NCBI GenBank assembly: GCA_016712315.1
Contig: JADJRG010000022.1
Span: 930,522 to 994,521 of the forward strand
Direction: 5' to 3'
Origin: Nannocystis sp.
Lineage (GTDB): Bacteria > Myxococcota_A > Polyangia > Nannocystales > Nannocystaceae
DNA length: 64,000 bases
Under the pieces are notes generated by a model. It saw only the letters and a program-made list of their open reading frames with translations, ran no database searches and had not been told where the DNA came from. Position 1 is the stretch's first letter. Every line of letters starts with the position of its first letter. The position numbers and the translations under genes are program-made. Of this stretch, positions 44,737 through 59,593 are shown piece after piece.

Positions 44737-46965
44737 CTAGAGGCGCCCGATCAACGGCGCGATCACCACCGCGACGATCGTCATCAGCTTGATCAGGATG
44801 TTCAGGCTCGGGCCCGCCGTGTCCTTGAAGGGGTCGCCCACGGTGTCGCCGATCACGGCGGCCTTGTGACGCTCGGAGCCCTTGCCGGTGTTGACCAGCG
44901 CGCTCTTGTCCTTCTTCTGGTCCTCGACCTGCTTCTTCGCGTTGTCCCACGCGCCACCGGCGTTGGACATGAAGATCGCGAGCATCACGCCAGAGACCAG
45001 GGTCCCGGCGAGCAGCCCGCCCAGGGCGAAGGGAGACCAGTAACCGACGAGCACGGGGGCGACCAGGGCCAAGATGCCTGGCGCCATCATCCGGCGGATC
45101 GAGGCCTGCGTCGAGATCGCCACGCAGCGCTCGACCTCGGTCTTCGCGCCCGCCGCGAGCACCTCACGGTCCTCCTCGGCCGTCAGATCGCGCCCCTCGT
45201 GCTCCGCCTTCACGACCAATGCGAGCGCCTGCCGCAGCACCGGGATCTCGCGGAACTGCCGGCGCACCTCGGTGATCATGTCCATCGCCGCCGCGCCGAC
45301 CGCCTTCATCGCCATCGCCGAGAAGAGGAAGGGCAGCATGCCGCCGAGCAGCAGGCCGATCAGCACCTCGGGGTCGGTGAGCGCGAGCACATCACCGGGC
45401 TTAAAGGCCAGGTTACGGTAGGCCGCGAACAGCGACAGCGACGCCAGCGCCGCCGACGCGATCGCGAAGCCCTTGCCGATCGCCGCCGTGGTGTTGCCGA
45501 CCGCGTCGAGCATGTCGGTGCGCTCGCGCACCTGCGGCGGCAGCCCGCTCATCTCGGCGATGCCGCCCGCGTTGTCGGAGATCGGCCCGTAGGCGTCGAC
45601 CGCGAGCTGGATCCCCGTCGTCGAGAGCATTCCCAGGGCCGCCAGCGCGACCCCGTAGAGGCCCGCGAAGTGGTTCGCGACGAAGATCGCCGCGGCGATC
45701 AGCAGGATCGGCACCGCGGTGGACTCAAAGCCGACCCCGATACCCGCGATGATGTTGGTCGCAGGGCCAGTCCCCGACTGCTCGACGATGCTATTCACCG
45801 GCCGCTTGCCCTTCGAGCAGTAGTAGCCGGTGACGAGCCCGATCGCGACGCCCGCCACCAAACCCGCCACCATCGCCGCCATCAGCGCCTTCGTCGTCAT
45901 CGGCTCGCCGCCGGCGAACATCACCATCGGCGTGCCGTGCGACGCCGCCGAAGCGATGCAGTAATCGATGATGAACCAGGAGATCGGCACCATCAGGATC
46001 GCCGCGCCGAAGGCGCCGACATCGAGCGCCACCTGCGGGTTACCGCCCTCGCGGGTCTTCACGAAGAAGGTCATGATCACCGACACGACCACCCCCGCGG
46101 CCGCGATCACCAGCGGCAGCACCGCGGCCTCGAGGCGGCCGCTGACGGCGACCGCGCCGAGGATCATCGTCCCGAGGATCGCGCCGATGTACGACTCAAA
46201 GAGATCCGCGCCCATGCCGGCGACGTCGCCGACGTTATCGCCGACGTTGTCCGCGATGGTCGCCGGGTTGAGGAAGTGGTCTTCGGGGATCCCCGCCTCC
46301 ACCTTGCCCACCAGGTCCGCGCCGACGTCCGCCGCCTTGGTGTAGATCCCGCCACCGACGCGCGCGAAGAGGGCGATCGACGACGCCCCCATCGAGAAGC
46401 CGGCGAGCATGTTGATCACGCGGCCGAACTGAAACGCCGCGCCGTCGACGTCCGCGAGCGCGTCGAAGGCGCCGAGGTAGACGAGGAAGAGCCCGCCGAA
46501 GCCGATCAGCCCGAGCCCGACCACTGACATGCCCATCACCGCGCCGCCGCGGAAGGCCACGGTCAACGCCGGCGCGAGGCCACCGCGCGCCGCCGCGGCC
46601 GTGCGCACGTTCGCCTTGGTCGCCACACGCATGCCGATATAGCCGGCGAGCGCCGAACACAGCGCACCGACGATGAACGAGAGCCCGACCGTCCATGACG
46701 AGTCGGTGCTGTCGCGGTAGAGGAACGCGAGCATGCCCGCGATCACCACCACCACGACCGCAAGCACCTTATACTCCGCCGCGAGGAAGGCCATCGCGCC
46801 GCGGTGGATCTGCGAGGCGATCCCCTGCATCCGCTCGTTGCCGGGGTCGCGCCCGCCGATCCACGCGGTCGTCGCGAAGGCGTAGATCAAGGCGATAGCG
46901 CCGGCTACTGGCGCTAGATAGATCAGGTTCTGAATTGGAAAATCCACTGGAGGTTTGCCTTTCAC
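44737..46965 (-). CDS. hppA: Membrane-bound proton-translocating pyrophosphatase (V-type H+-PPase)
   Basis: [40 protein letters not shown]. About 16 TM helices. Confidence 0.9.
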   Translation of the reverse strand: MKGKPPVDFPIQNLIYLAPVAGAIALIYAFATTAWIGGRDPGNERMQGIASQIHRGAMAFLAAEYKVLAVVVVVIAGMLAFLYRDSTDSSWTVGLSFIVGALCSALAGYIGMRVATKANVRTAAAARGGLAPALTVAFRGGAVMGMSVVGLGLIGFGGLFLVYLGAFDALADVDGAAFQFGRVINMLAGFSMGASSIALFARVGGGIYTKAADVGADLVGKVEAGIPEDHFLNPATIADNVGDNVGDVAGMGADLFESYIGAILGTMILGAVAVSGRLEAAVLPLVIAAAGVVVSVIMTFFVKTREGGNPQVALDVGAFGAAILMVPISWFIIDYCIASAASHGTPMVMFAGGEPMTTKALMAAMVAGLVAGVAIGLVTGYYCSKGKRPVNSIVEQSGTGPATNIIAGIGVGFESTAVPILLIAAAIFVANHFAGLYGVALAALGMLSTTGIQLAVDAYGPISDNAGGIAEMSGLPPQVRERTDMLDAVGNTTAAIGKGFAIASAALASLSLFAAYRNLAFKPGDVLALTDPEVLIGLLLGGMLPFLFSAMAMKAVGAAAMDMITEVRRQFREIPVLRQALALVVKAEHEGRDLTAEEDREVLAAGAKTEVERCVAISTQASIRRMMAPGILALVAPVLVGYWSPFALGGLLAGTLVSGVMLAIFMSNAGGAWDNAKKQVEDQKKDKSALVNTGKGSERHKAAVIGDTVGDPFKDTAGPSLNILIKLMTIVAVVIAPLIGRL

Positions 46966-46987
46966 GCGGCCGCCACCGGCGCCGCGT

Positions 46988-47566
46988 TCAACTGTTAAAA
47001 CGGTTCATCGCCGTGACGACCCCATCGGTCATCACGCAGAGGGCAGCGCGTCGCGCTCGATCGACCAGATCGGGCAGCTCTGCCCGCTCCTCGGGGGAGA
47101 AATCGGAGAGCACGTAGTCAGCGACCTCGCCGTGCAGCGGCCTACCGACGCCCACTCGAACCCGCACGAAGTCGCGGGATCCGAGCGCTTGGATGATGTC
47201 ACGGAGCCCATTGTGACCGCCGTGACCGCCTCCGGCCTTCACCGCCAGGCGACCGAAGGGGAAGTCGATCTCGTCGTGGAGCACCACGATCTGCGCCGGC
47301 GGCGTCTGAAAGAAGCCCGCAGCCGCGCTCACCGAGGCGCCGCTGCGGTTCATAAACGTGAGCGGTCGGAGCAGCACCGCCCTGAGCGGCCCCTCGCGCG
47401 CGGCCGCGCTCCAGCCTTTGAAGCGCTCCGACCATGAGGGCGGCGGGCTGAAGAGATCGGCCAATGACTCGGCCGCCATGAAGCCGACGTTGTGCCGGTT
47501 CGCGGCGTAGCGGGGCCCGGGGTTGCCGAGCCCCACCACAAGCCATGGGACGCTCTCTGCCATCAC
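46988..47566 (-). CDS. pth: Peptidyl-tRNA hydrolase
   Basis: [21 protein letters not shown]. Catalytic His in the NRHN motif. Confidence 0.9.
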   Translation of the reverse strand: MMAESVPWLVVGLGNPGPRYAANRHNVGFMAAESLADLFSPPPSWSERFKGWSAAAREGPLRAVLLRPLTFMNRSGASVSAAAGFFQTPPAQIVVLHDEIDFPFGRLAVKAGGGHGGHNGLRDIIQALGSRDFVRVRVGVGRPLHGEVADYVLSDFSPEERAELPDLVDRARRAALCVMTDGVVTAMNRFNS

Positions 47567-47591
47567 CGCCGGTCATCACGCCCCGCCGGAG

Positions 47592-48215
47592 CTACTTCTT
47601 GCCCTTCTTCGCGGGCTTCTTCTCCTCCGCCTCGACCACCTTCACCTTCGCCGCTTCGACGAACGCCAGCGGATCTGAGGGGCGCTCACGCAGGCGGAAG
47701 CCGTCGAGCGCGAGGTCTTCCATGCGCAGCGTCTGGTTGCCATCGAGCGCGGTGACATCCACGGTCACCTTCACGGGGATGTTCGCCGGCACCGCCGCGA
47801 TCTTCAGCGAGCGGCGGAAGGTCTTGAGCTTGCCGCCCGCCTGAACCCCGACCGAGCGGCCCGTGTACTCCACCGGCACGACCGCCTCGATCTCGAGCGC
47901 CGGGTCGACCCGCATGAAGTCGACGTGGGTGAGGCTGCGGCGGATCGGGTGGACCTGGCGGTCGACTACCAAGCACGACTCAACGCGCTCGCCCTTGCCC
48001 TCCTCATGGACATGTACGGAGAACCAGGTGTTCCACTGCCGGGTCGGGTCGATCGACTTCTCGAGCTCCTTGCGGTCGACCATGAGGGTCAGGCGCTCGC
48101 CGCCCCGCCCGTAGAGCACCGCCGGGATCTTGCCGGCGCTGCGGAGCGTACGGGCCGCGCCCTTACCAGCGGCGGTTCGCACGTGCACGTTGATCTTTCT
48201 GGATTCGTGGGTCAT
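47592..48215 (-). CDS. rplY: 50S ribosomal protein L25 / general stress protein Ctc
   Basis: L25 beta-barrel N-terminal domain (AVLYGRGGE) plus a Ctc-type C-terminal extension with a Lys-rich tail. Confidence 0.85.
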   Translation of the reverse strand: MTHESRKINVHVRTAAGKGAARTLRSAGKIPAVLYGRGGERLTLMVDRKELEKSIDPTRQWNTWFSVHVHEEGKGERVESCLVVDRQVHPIRRSLTHVDFMRVDPALEIEAVVPVEYTGRSVGVQAGGKLKTFRRSLKIAAVPANIPVKVTVDVTALDGNQTLRMEDLALDGFRLRERPSDPLAFVEAAKVKVVEAEEKKPAKKGKK

Positions 48216-48306
48216 CGCTTCACTCTTCTCTCTCTCGTGGCTGGCGGGTGGGTGCCGCGATCATCGGGCTCGCCGCCGACAGCCGACGCTCTTCTATCAC
48301 TCGGGC

Positions 48307-49254
48307 TCAGATGAACAGGCTCGAGATCGAGTCTCCGTGGTGGATCCGCCGCAGCGCCTCGGCCAGCAGCGGCCCCAGGCTACAGACCACGAGGCGGTCA
48401 CAAGCCGCCTGACGCTCCTCTTGCGGGATGCTGTTCGTCACCCACACCTTCGTCAGCGGTGACTTATTGATCCGATCGATCGCCGGCCCGGAGAGCACGC
48501 CGTGGCTGGCGAGCGCGTAGACCTCGCGCGCTCCCTCGTCGAGCACCGCCTGCGCCGCGTTGCACAAGGTCCCCGCGGTGTCGATGATGTCGTCGACGAT
48601 GATCGCGCGCTTGCCGCGGACATCGCCGATCAGGTGCAGCACCTGGCTGACGTTCGGCGAGTCGCGGCGCTTGTCGATGATCGCGAGCGAGCAGCCGAGC
48701 AGCTTCGAGTACGCGCGCGCGCGCTCCACCCCGCCGGCGTCTGGCGACACGACCACGGTGTCGTCGCCGCCGAGCCCAGCGTCGCGCAGCGGCTCGCGAA
48801 ACACCGGCGTCGCGAAGAGGTGATCAAACGGGATGTTAAAAAAGCCTTGGATCTGCCCCGCGTGCAGGTCGACCGAAAGCACCCGGGTCGCCCCCGCCGC
48901 GGTCAGCAGGTCGGCGACCAGCTTCGCGGTGATCGGCGTACGCGGCTTCACCTTGCGATCCTGGCGGGCGTAGCCGAAGTAGGGGATCACCGCGACGATG
49001 CTGCCCGCGCTCGCCCGCTTGAGCGCGTCGATCATGATCAGCAGCTCCATCAGGTTGCGGTTCGGCGGCGAGCACGTCGACTGCACGATGAAGCAGGTGA
49101 CGCCGCGGACGTTCTCCCCGATCTCGACGAAGATCTCCCCGTCCGAGAAGCGCTCGACTCGAGCCTTGCCGGTCGGCATATCGACCGTCGCGCACAGCTC
49201 AGCGGCCAACGGAGGGTTCGAATTCCCGCTGAAGATGGCGAGGGTCTTGTTCAA
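48307..49254 (-). CDS. prs: Ribose-phosphate pyrophosphokinase
   Basis: FSGNSNPPLA, the PRPP-binding site VVSPDAGGVERA, and DDIIDTAGT. Confidence 0.9.
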   Translation of the reverse strand: MNKTLAIFSGNSNPPLAAELCATVDMPTGKARVERFSDGEIFVEIGENVRGVTCFIVQSTCSPPNRNLMELLIMIDALKRASAGSIVAVIPYFGYARQDRKVKPRTPITAKLVADLLTAAGATRVLSVDLHAGQIQGFFNIPFDHLFATPVFREPLRDAGLGGDDTVVVSPDAGGVERARAYSKLLGCSLAIIDKRRDSPNVSQVLHLIGDVRGKRAIIVDDIIDTAGTLCNAAQAVLDEGAREVYALASHGVLSGPAIDRINKSPLTKVWVTNSIPQEERQAACDRLVVCSLGPLLAEALRRIHHGDSISSLFI

Positions 49255-49302
49255 GGCGGGCTCCTCCGGCTCAGGCTTACGCGAGGATTAAAGGGGAAGG
49301 AG

Positions 49303-49374
49303 TTGGGGCGGTAGGATTCGAACCTACGGTAGGCGGAACCAAAAACCGCTGGCTTACCACTTGCCGACGCCCCA
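49303..49374 (-). tRNA. tRNA-Gln (anticodon UUG)
   Basis: Minus-strand read: UGGGGCG-UC-GGCA-AGUGGUAA-GCCA-GCGGU-UUUUGGU-UCCGC-CUACC-GUAGG-UUCGAAU-CCUAC-CGCCCCA-A. Architecture parallels E. coli tRNA-Gln (U1-A72, T-loop GGTTCGAATCC). Anticodon loop UU-UUG-GU, with a 31:39 U.U pair. CCA not encoded. Confidence 0.8.
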
Positions 49375-49550
49375 GCAGCGAGTCGGGGGACCAACCTGCT
49401 GAACGCGCGGGTTATAGGGCCGGCGAAATGCGGCTGTCAACCGAGGGCATGACCCATGTGAGATCTCTGGCGCCGGCGGCGCCCCGATGCTCCCTCTATG
49501 TGTTAGCTTCCGGGCGCCGTCCCTAAAGACCGCGAGGAGAACCCCAGGCG

Positions 49551-50942
49551 ATGTCCCCCTCCCCCTTCCGACGAATTCTCTGTCTATCCACGCTGATCGC
49601 CGCCCTCGGCGCCGCGCCCACGCCAGTCCTCGCAGGCCCGCCGCCAGCGCCCGTGAAGGCGGCCAAGGCCCCCAAGAAGGGTGATCTCAACTTCGACCTG
49701 CCGATCCAGGAGTTCGCCCTGGCCAACGGCCTCCGCGTCTACGTCGTCGAAGATCACTCCACCCCCGGCTTCAACATGACCCTCGCCTACAACGTCGGCT
49801 CGCGCGACGAAGAGGCCCAGCGCACCGGCTTCGCCCACCTCTTCGAGCACATGATGTTCGAGGGCTCGAAGAACGTCCCGCCGATGGGGCACCTCACCTT
49901 CGTCCAACGGGTCGGCGGCAACAACAACGCCTTCACGACCTACGACGTCACCGCCTACTACAACAACCTGCCGAGCCAGTACCTCGAGCTCGGCCTGTGG
50001 CTCGAGTCGGACCGCCTGCGCTCGCTCGAGATCACCGACGACAACTTCGAGAACCAGCGGAAGGCGGTCAAAGAAGAGAAGGCGATGCGGGTCGACAACG
50101 TCCCCTACGCCGGCGCCTTCCAGGACTTCCTCTCTGAGGCGTGGACCGGCTCCGGCTACGGACACTCGACGATCGGCAGCCTCGAGGACCTCGAGGCCGC
50201 CCAGACGGCCGACGTCCAAGCCTTCTTCAACAAGTACTACACCCCCAACAACGTCACCCTCGTCTTCGTCGGCGACGTCAGCGTCGGCGAGCTCCAGCCG
50301 CTGATGGAGCGCTACTTCGGCGACATCCCGCGCGGCCCCGAGCGCCCGCCGTCGCCGCCGACCGCCATCGACCGCAAGAAGCCGCTCGAGAAGGTCGTCG
50401 GCGACCCGCTCGCGCAGCAGGCGATCTTCGCGATCGGCTGGCACACCGTCGGCGAGAACCACCCCGATCGTTACGCCCTCGACCTGCTCGGCAACATCCT
50501 GCTCACCGGCGAGTCCGCGCGGATCCCCAAGATCCTGCAAGACGAGAAGAAGCTGGTCGCCTTCGCGGGCGGCGGGCACCTCACCCTGCTCGAGGCGGGC
50601 CTGCTCTTCGCCCAAGCGATGCCCCTGCCGACCGCCAACTTCGACGCGATCAAGCAGGTCGTGCGCGAGGAGATCGAGAAGCTCCAGAAGAAGGGCATCA
50701 GCCCGCGCGAGCTGCAGAAGGCGATCAACAACCAGGTGATGGAGACAGTCTCTACCCTCGCGACCAACCAGGGTCGCGCGATGTCGATCGCGATGGGCGC
50801 CCTCCACCACGGCGATCCCAAGCGCGTGCTCACCGACCTCGAGAAGTACCAGCAGGTCACCCCGAAAGACATCCAACGGGTCGCCACCGAGTACCTCGGC
50901 ACCTGGCTCACCCTCGAGATCCAGCCCAAGGCGGGCACGTGA
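49551..50942 (+). CDS. M16 family zinc peptidase (active subunit, HxxEH)
   Basis: Signal peptide. HLFEHMMFEGS inverzincin motif. Confidence 0.85.
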   Translation: MSPSPFRRILCLSTLIAALGAAPTPVLAGPPPAPVKAAKAPKKGDLNFDLPIQEFALANGLRVYVVEDHSTPGFNMTLAYNVGSRDEEAQRTGFAHLFEHMMFEGSKNVPPMGHLTFVQRVGGNNNAFTTYDVTAYYNNLPSQYLELGLWLESDRLRSLEITDDNFENQRKAVKEEKAMRVDNVPYAGAFQDFLSEAWTGSGYGHSTIGSLEDLEAAQTADVQAFFNKYYTPNNVTLVFVGDVSVGELQPLMERYFGDIPRGPERPPSPPTAIDRKKPLEKVVGDPLAQQAIFAIGWHTVGENHPDRYALDLLGNILLTGESARIPKILQDEKKLVAFAGGGHLTLLEAGLLFAQAMPLPTANFDAIKQVVREEIEKLQKKGISPRELQKAINNQVMETVSTLATNQGRAMSIAMGALHHGDPKRVLTDLEKYQQVTPKDIQRVATEYLGTWLTLEIQPKAGT

Positions 50943-50971
50943 TCCGCTCATCAACGCCCCCAGAGGACGCC

Positions 50972-52516
50972 ATGAACACCTCCAATACCGCCCGCAAGCA
51001 GCCCCTCGTCCGCCTCGCCATCTTCGCCGCGCTCGCCGTCGCCACGACCGCAGCCTGCGGGAAGAAGCAAGAGCCCGTGGTCATCCCCGAGCCGACGCCC
51101 GAGCCGCCGCCGCCCGAGCCCGTCGTCGAGGCCCCCAAGCGGATCTACCAAGACCCGCCGGCCCCGACCTCGCCGCGCCCGGTGCAGTTCCCGGACATCC
51201 AGTCCTTCACCGCCGCAAACGGCCTCCAGGTCTTCGTCGTCGAGAACCACGAGGTCCCCCTCGTCAGCGTCCAGCTGGTCGTCCGCGCCGGCACGATGGA
51301 CGACCGGCAGCTCGCCGAGATGACCTCCTCGATGCTCGCGGAGGGCACCAAGAAGCGCAAGAAGGCCGACATCGACGAGGCGATCGAGTACGTCGGCGCC
51401 TCCCTCAACGCCGGCGCGGGCGTGCACGAGAGCTACATCTTCACCCGCGTGATCAAGCGCGACCTCGCGCTCGCCCTCGATCTGATCGCCGATCAGCTGC
51501 AGAACCCCGCCTTCCCGGCCGACGCCCTGCAGAAGCTCAAGGACAAGGCCAAGACCGGCCTCAAGGCGATGAAGTCGGATCCAGGCACCCTCGCCGACAC
51601 CCTCTACGACATGGTCGTCTACCCCGCCGGTCACCCCTACGGGCGCCCGCTGCCGACCGACGCCGAGATCGACGCCGTCACCCTCGAAGGCGTCCAGAAG
51701 TTCCACAGCACCTTCTATCGGTCCAACAACGCCTTCGTGATCCTCTCCGGCGACATCACCCAGACGGAGGCAGAGCCGCTCGTCACCAAGTATTTTGGCA
51801 AGTGGAAGCCGATCGAAGGCGAGGCGCCGCCCAACCCGCTCAACGCCTTCAAGGCCGACAGCTACAAGCACCCGACCAAGCTCCAGGTGCACGTCGTCGA
51901 TCGCCCGGCCTCGGCGCAGTCGGAGATCCGCGTCGGCAACCTCGCGCTCGCCCGCAAGCACCCCGACTGGCTCAAGATGGAGATCGCCTCGACGATCCTC
52001 GGCGGCGGCAGCACCGGCCGCCTCTTCCTCGACGTGCGCGAGGAGAAGGGCCTCACGTATGGCATCTACTCCAAGCTCAGCGCCGGCCAAGCCCCAGGCA
52101 CCTGGACGATCTGGACCAAGACCAAGACCAAGACCACGGGTGAGATGCTGAAGGCGATCTTCGGGCACATCGAGCAGATGCGCGGCGCGCCGCCGACCGC
52201 CAAAGAGCACGAAGAGGCGGTCCGGCAGAGCGTCGGCGCGTTCCCGCTCCAACTCGAGACCGCCGATCAGATCGCCGGGCGGGTGAAGAACATCATCACC
52301 TACGGCCTGCCCCGCGACTACTACAAGACCTACCGCGACGAGCTCTTGAAGGTCGGCGCCGAGGACGTCCAAGTGATGGCCCGCAAGTACATGCTCAGCC
52401 GGCCGCACATCGTCATCGTCGGCACCGCCGCGAAGATCGAGGACCAGATCAAGGAGGCGCTCCCGGACGCCGAGATCCTCCTGTACGACACGGACCTCAA
52501 CCGCGTCCAAAAGTAG
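50972..52516 (+). CDS. M16 family peptidase-like lipoprotein lacking the zinc motif (non-catalytic partner)
   Basis: Lipobox AACGKK. M16 fold features without HxxEH. The ORF track merges it into an out-of-frame 791-aa artefact (50141..52516). Confidence 0.75.
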   Translation: MNTSNTARKQPLVRLAIFAALAVATTAACGKKQEPVVIPEPTPEPPPPEPVVEAPKRIYQDPPAPTSPRPVQFPDIQSFTAANGLQVFVVENHEVPLVSVQLVVRAGTMDDRQLAEMTSSMLAEGTKKRKKADIDEAIEYVGASLNAGAGVHESYIFTRVIKRDLALALDLIADQLQNPAFPADALQKLKDKAKTGLKAMKSDPGTLADTLYDMVVYPAGHPYGRPLPTDAEIDAVTLEGVQKFHSTFYRSNNAFVILSGDITQTEAEPLVTKYFGKWKPIEGEAPPNPLNAFKADSYKHPTKLQVHVVDRPASAQSEIRVGNLALARKHPDWLKMEIASTILGGGSTGRLFLDVREEKGLTYGIYSKLSAGQAPGTWTIWTKTKTKTTGEMLKAIFGHIEQMRGAPPTAKEHEEAVRQSVGAFPLQLETADQIAGRVKNIITYGLPRDYYKTYRDELLKVGAEDVQVMARKYMLSRPHIVIVGTAAKIEDQIKEALPDAEILLYDTDLNRVQK

Positions 52517-52587
52517 GTCCTACAACCATCGCATCCGTCGAGGGCCCACGCGGAACAAGCGCGGGCCCTTGGCGCGTTAGGGGTCAT

Positions 52588-54441
<1,854 letters not shown>

Positions 54442-54461
54442 CCAGTCGGAGCACCGACGAC

Positions 54462-54947
54462 TCACGCGTCATCGCGACGCCACGCCCCGGTCTTGCCGCC
54501 GCGCTTCTCGAGCAGGCGAACCGCCTCGATCTCCATCCCGCGGTCCATCGCCTTGCACATGTCATAGACCGTCAACGCCGCCGTCGAGGCCGCCGTCATC
54601 GCCTCCATCTCTGGCCCCGTGCGATCGATCGCCGCCACCCACACCTCGATCACCACCCCAGGCAGCCCCTCATCCAGCCGCAGCGTCACCTCGACCCCGG
54701 TGATCCGGACCGGATGACAGAGCGGGATCAGCCCCGGCGTCTGCTTCGCCCCCAGCGTCGCCGCCAGGCGCGCGACCGCGAGCACGTCGCCTTTGCCGAC
54801 CGAGCCTGAGCGGATCCGTTCCAGCGTCGCCGCGGCCATCCGCACTCGCGCCTCAGCGCGCGCCTCTCGCGGCGACTCGGACTTCTCCGAGATCGTCACC
54901 ATTTGGGCCTCACCATCGTGATTGAAGTGACTCAAAGGGTCGCTCAT
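54462..54947 (-). CDS. moaC: Cyclic pyranopterin monophosphate synthase accessory protein
   Basis: [36 protein letters not shown]. 162 aa from the ATG at 54945-54947. Confidence 0.85.
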   Translation of the reverse strand: MSDPLSHFNHDGEAQMVTISEKSESPREARAEARVRMAAATLERIRSGSVGKGDVLAVARLAATLGAKQTPGLIPLCHPVRITGVEVTLRLDEGLPGVVIEVWVAAIDRTGPEMEAMTAASTAALTVYDMCKAMDRGMEIEAVRLLEKRGGKTGAWRRDDA

Positions 54948-55053
54948 CGCCGCCACAGTACCCGGAAAGATCGCCACAAGGAGCGGTCCAAACCGCCCAC
55001 AGATCCCCTCCGGCGTGATATCCATGGGCCCGCGCGCGGAGACCAGAGCGACG

Positions 55054-56637
<1,584 letters not shown>

Positions 56638-56652
56638 GAAGGTAGGACCGAC

Positions 56653-58089
56653 GTGCTCACACTTAGCCTCACCACCGTCCTCTACATCGCCGCCAGCGCC
56701 CTCTTTATCCTCAGCCTCAGCGGCCTCGGCCGCCAGGAGACCGCCCGCAGCGGCAACCTCTACGGCATCATCGGCATGGCGCTCGCGATCATCGCGGCCG
56801 CCTTCGGCGTCACGGAGATCCAGCGCGACCTCACCGTCGCCAACGTCCATGGCAGCGGCTTCGGCATGCTGGCCGCGGCCATCGTCCCCGGCGCGGTGAT
56901 CGGCGCGATCTTAGCGGCGCGCGTCGCGATGACCGCCATGCCCGAGCTGGTCGCGATGTTGCACTCCTTCGTCGGCCTCGCCGCGGTGCTCGTCGGCCTC
57001 GCCAGCCACATCACGCCGCTCAAGGAGCTCACGGGCGCCGATCACACGATCCACGCGGTCGAGATCTTCGTCGGCGTCTTCGTCGGCGCCCTCACCTTCA
57101 CCGGCTCGATTATCGCCTTCCTCAAGCTACGCGGCTCGATCGGCGGCAAGCCGCTGCTCCTCCCTGGCCGTCACCTCCTCAACCTCGCGATGGTGCTCGG
57201 CTCGGTCGCGCTCGGTTACCTCTTCCTCGGCGACCCCGCCCAGAGCCTCACCTGGCTGCTCGTGATGACCGGCGTCGCCTGCCTGCTCGGCGTGCACATG
57301 GTCATGGCGATCGGCGGCGCTGACATGCCCGTCGTCGTCTCGATGCTCAACTCGTACTCCGGCTGGGCCGCCTCGGCCGCCGGCTTCATGCTCGAGAACG
57401 ACCTCCTCATCATCACCGGCGCCCTCGTCGGCTCCTCCGGCGCGATCCTGTCCTACATCATGTGCCAGGCGATGAACCGCTCCTTCATCTCCGTGATCGC
57501 CGGCGGCTTCGGCTCGGACGGCGGCGCGCCCGCGGCCGGCGGCGCCCAAGCGATCACCGGAGATCAGACCGAGATCAGCCCCGACGACACCGTCGAGCTG
57601 CTCCGCGAGGCCAAGAGCATCGTCGTCGTCCCGGGCTACGGCATGGCCGTCGCGCAGGCCCAGCACACCGTCTCGGAGATCGCCAAGCTGCTGCGCAAGC
57701 GCGGCGCCGAGTTCCGCTTCGCGATCCACCCCGTCGCAGGCCGCCTGCCTGGCCACATGAACGTCCTGCTCGCCGAGGCCAACGTCCCCTACGACATCGT
57801 CCTCGAGATGGACGAGATCAACGATGATCTCCCGGACACCGACGTCGTGCTCGTCATCGGCGCCAACGACATCGTCAACCCCTCCGCTCAGGACGATCCG
57901 TCCAGCCCGATCGCCGGCATGCCCGTGCTCGAGGTCTGGAAGTCCAAGACCGTCATCATCATGAAGCGCGGCCGCGGCACCGGCTACGCGGGCGTTGAGA
58001 ACCCGCTCTTCTTCAAAGAGAACAGCCGCATGCTCTTCGGCGACGCCAAGAAGACCGTCGACGGCCTGCTCACCAAGCTGCGCGAGTGA
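56653..58089 (+). CDS. pntB: NAD(P) transhydrogenase subunit beta
   Basis: Multi-TM N-terminus. dIII region [14 protein letters not shown] ... GANDIVNP. Confidence 0.9.
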   Translation: MLTLSLTTVLYIAASALFILSLSGLGRQETARSGNLYGIIGMALAIIAAAFGVTEIQRDLTVANVHGSGFGMLAAAIVPGAVIGAILAARVAMTAMPELVAMLHSFVGLAAVLVGLASHITPLKELTGADHTIHAVEIFVGVFVGALTFTGSIIAFLKLRGSIGGKPLLLPGRHLLNLAMVLGSVALGYLFLGDPAQSLTWLLVMTGVACLLGVHMVMAIGGADMPVVVSMLNSYSGWAASAAGFMLENDLLIITGALVGSSGAILSYIMCQAMNRSFISVIAGGFGSDGGAPAAGGAQAITGDQTEISPDDTVELLREAKSIVVVPGYGMAVAQAQHTVSEIAKLLRKRGAEFRFAIHPVAGRLPGHMNVLLAEANVPYDIVLEMDEINDDLPDTDVVLVIGANDIVNPSAQDDPSSPIAGMPVLEVWKSKTVIIMKRGRGTGYAGVENPLFFKENSRMLFGDAKKTVDGLLTKLRE

Positions 58090-58152
58090 TCGACCCGCGG
58101 CTCGCCGCACCGGCCGCGCGTCGCTGCCACTTCGGCAGCGGCGCGTTCGTTT

Positions 58153-58992
58153 TTAGGCCGCCAGCTCCAACCACGCGCAGAGACGCTCCGCGTAGCGAGC
58201 AGGCACGTCGATCACCGGGCGTGGCACCTCTGGCGCCGACGCCCCGTGAAAGTCAGAGCCGCCCGTGACCACCAGGTCCAGGTCCTCGGCCATCCGCAGC
58301 CACGTCTGCTGCTCCCGCGCGCCGTAGCGGCCATACAGCGCCTCGATCCCGTCGAGCCCCGCCGCCCTATGGCGCCGATAGAACTCGCCGACGATCGCGA
58401 ACGAGCGCAGCGTGTGCGGGTGCGCGATCGACAGCTTCGCCCCACACGCCCGCCCGAGCGCGACGCCTTCCGCGAGGCCGAGGCGCCCCACTGGCACGTC
58501 CGCCGGCCCACCGTCCTTCAGAAAACGATCGAACGCCTCACGCAGGCTCGTCACCACCCGCGCCGCCAGCAGCGCCCGCGCCACATCCGGTCGCCCTGGC
58601 GTGTGCCCCGCCGAATCACGCAGGATCGCCTCCGTATCGAGCTTCACCCCCAGCTTGGCGAGGCGCCCCACGATCGCCCCGATCCGCTCGCGCCGGCTCG
58701 CCATCACCTCGACCAAGCGCGCCCGCAGCGCCCGCTCGCCCTCGCCCTCCTGCACCCCATAGATCAGGAGGTGGATCGTACGATCGCCCTCGCGGCAGCT
58801 CAGCTCGAGCCCACGAAGCACCGCGCACCCCGTGCCTGCGAGCGCGGCGGCGGCGGCGTCGTGCCCATCCAAGCTGTCGTGGTCGGTGAGGCAGAAGACC
58901 CGCGCGCCGTGGCGCGCCGCCTCGGTCGCCACTGCCGTAGGGGACAAGCTCCCGTCGGAACAGGTCGAGTGGCAGTGCAGCTCGAGCAACAT
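58153..58992 (-). CDS. PHP-domain metal-dependent phosphoesterase (TrpH/YciV-like)
   Basis: MLLELHCHSTCSDGS ... LTDHD. PHP His/Asp motifs. Confidence 0.75.
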   Translation of the reverse strand: MLLELHCHSTCSDGSLSPTAVATEAARHGARVFCLTDHDSLDGHDAAAAALAGTGCAVLRGLELSCREGDRTIHLLIYGVQEGEGERALRARLVEVMASRRERIGAIVGRLAKLGVKLDTEAILRDSAGHTPGRPDVARALLAARVVTSLREAFDRFLKDGGPADVPVGRLGLAEGVALGRACGAKLSIAHPHTLRSFAIVGEFYRRHRAAGLDGIEALYGRYGAREQQTWLRMAEDLDLVVTGGSDFHGASAPEVPRPVIDVPARYAERLCAWLELAA

Positions 58993-59039
58993 CGGCGGCA
59001 GCCTACACGAGACCGCCGCCGAAAGATGTGGGCAAGCGC

Positions 59040-59528
59040 TCAGCGCTTGCTCGCCGGCTGGCTCACCGCCGCCAGCGCGGCCGCCACGGCTTGGAGCACC
59101 TCCCGAGTGACCTCGATCTGCTCCTTCGGCACCCGCCCTAGCACCTTGCGGATCGCCTGCTCCACCGTCCCCGCGCGCACCGCGTCGAGCTCCTTGCCCT
59201 TGGCGGTCAGGCTGAAGATCGCGCGCCGCCCGTCCTCTGGATCGGCGGTGCGCTTGAGCAGCCCGCGCGCCTCGAGGCGCTGGAGCACCCCGGTCAAGCT
59301 GCTCTTATGGACATGTAGGATCTGCGCCAACTCACCCGCTGAGATCCCGGGGAACTTCCCCGTCATACGGAGCACCAGGCGCTGCGGCCCGGTGACACCG
59401 ATGCTCGTGTTCATCCGCTTCGAGGTCGAGTGCAGCCCGTGATCGACCGCCCACAGCAAGCGCATGAAGTCGAGGATGTCGCCGAGCACAGGCACGTCGC
59501 CGGGTTCAGTCTTGGATGGTTCCGCCAT
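59040..59528 (-). CDS. MarR-family transcriptional regulator
   Basis: wHTH: ISAGELAQILHVHKSSLTGVLQRLEARGLLKR. 162 aa. Confidence 0.75.
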   Translation of the reverse strand: MAEPSKTEPGDVPVLGDILDFMRLLWAVDHGLHSTSKRMNTSIGVTGPQRLVLRMTGKFPGISAGELAQILHVHKSSLTGVLQRLEARGLLKRTADPEDGRRAIFSLTAKGKELDAVRAGTVEQAIRKVLGRVPKEQIEVTREVLQAVAAALAAVSQPASKR

Positions 59529-59593
59529 GGCGGGCGTAGACTGCCCCTGCTCGAACAAATTCGCCAGATATCGCCGGAACCCTCAGGCCCTGC

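Noticed and set aside
44866-46527. 553-aa plus-strand ORF opposite hppA, and similar antisense ORFs (25816-27069, 5955-7118, 17570-18403, 36623-38401, 38953-40017, 60933-62402)
   Set aside because: Typical high-GC antisense open frames with Arg/Pro/His-rich junk translations. The opposite-strand genes are well supported.
49391-49410. Possible second LexA box (CTGAAC...)
   Set aside because: Matches only about 7/10 of the variable positions of the motif, and it is not near a gene expected in the SOS regulon.
49255-49550. Genomic island or integration site at tRNA-Gln
   Set aside because: No integrase, no direct repeat of the tRNA 3' end, and both flanks are conserved housekeeping genes (prs-rplY-pth and an M16 peptidase).
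50141-52516. 791-aa plus-strand ORF
   Set aside because: A frame artefact. Its first 280 codons are out-of-frame shadow of the first M16 peptidase gene. The real second gene starts at ATG 50972.
52517-52587. glmS ribozyme upstream of glmS
   Set aside because: Only about 70 bp of leader, with no recognisable ribozyme core. The ribozyme is essentially restricted to Gram-positive lineages.
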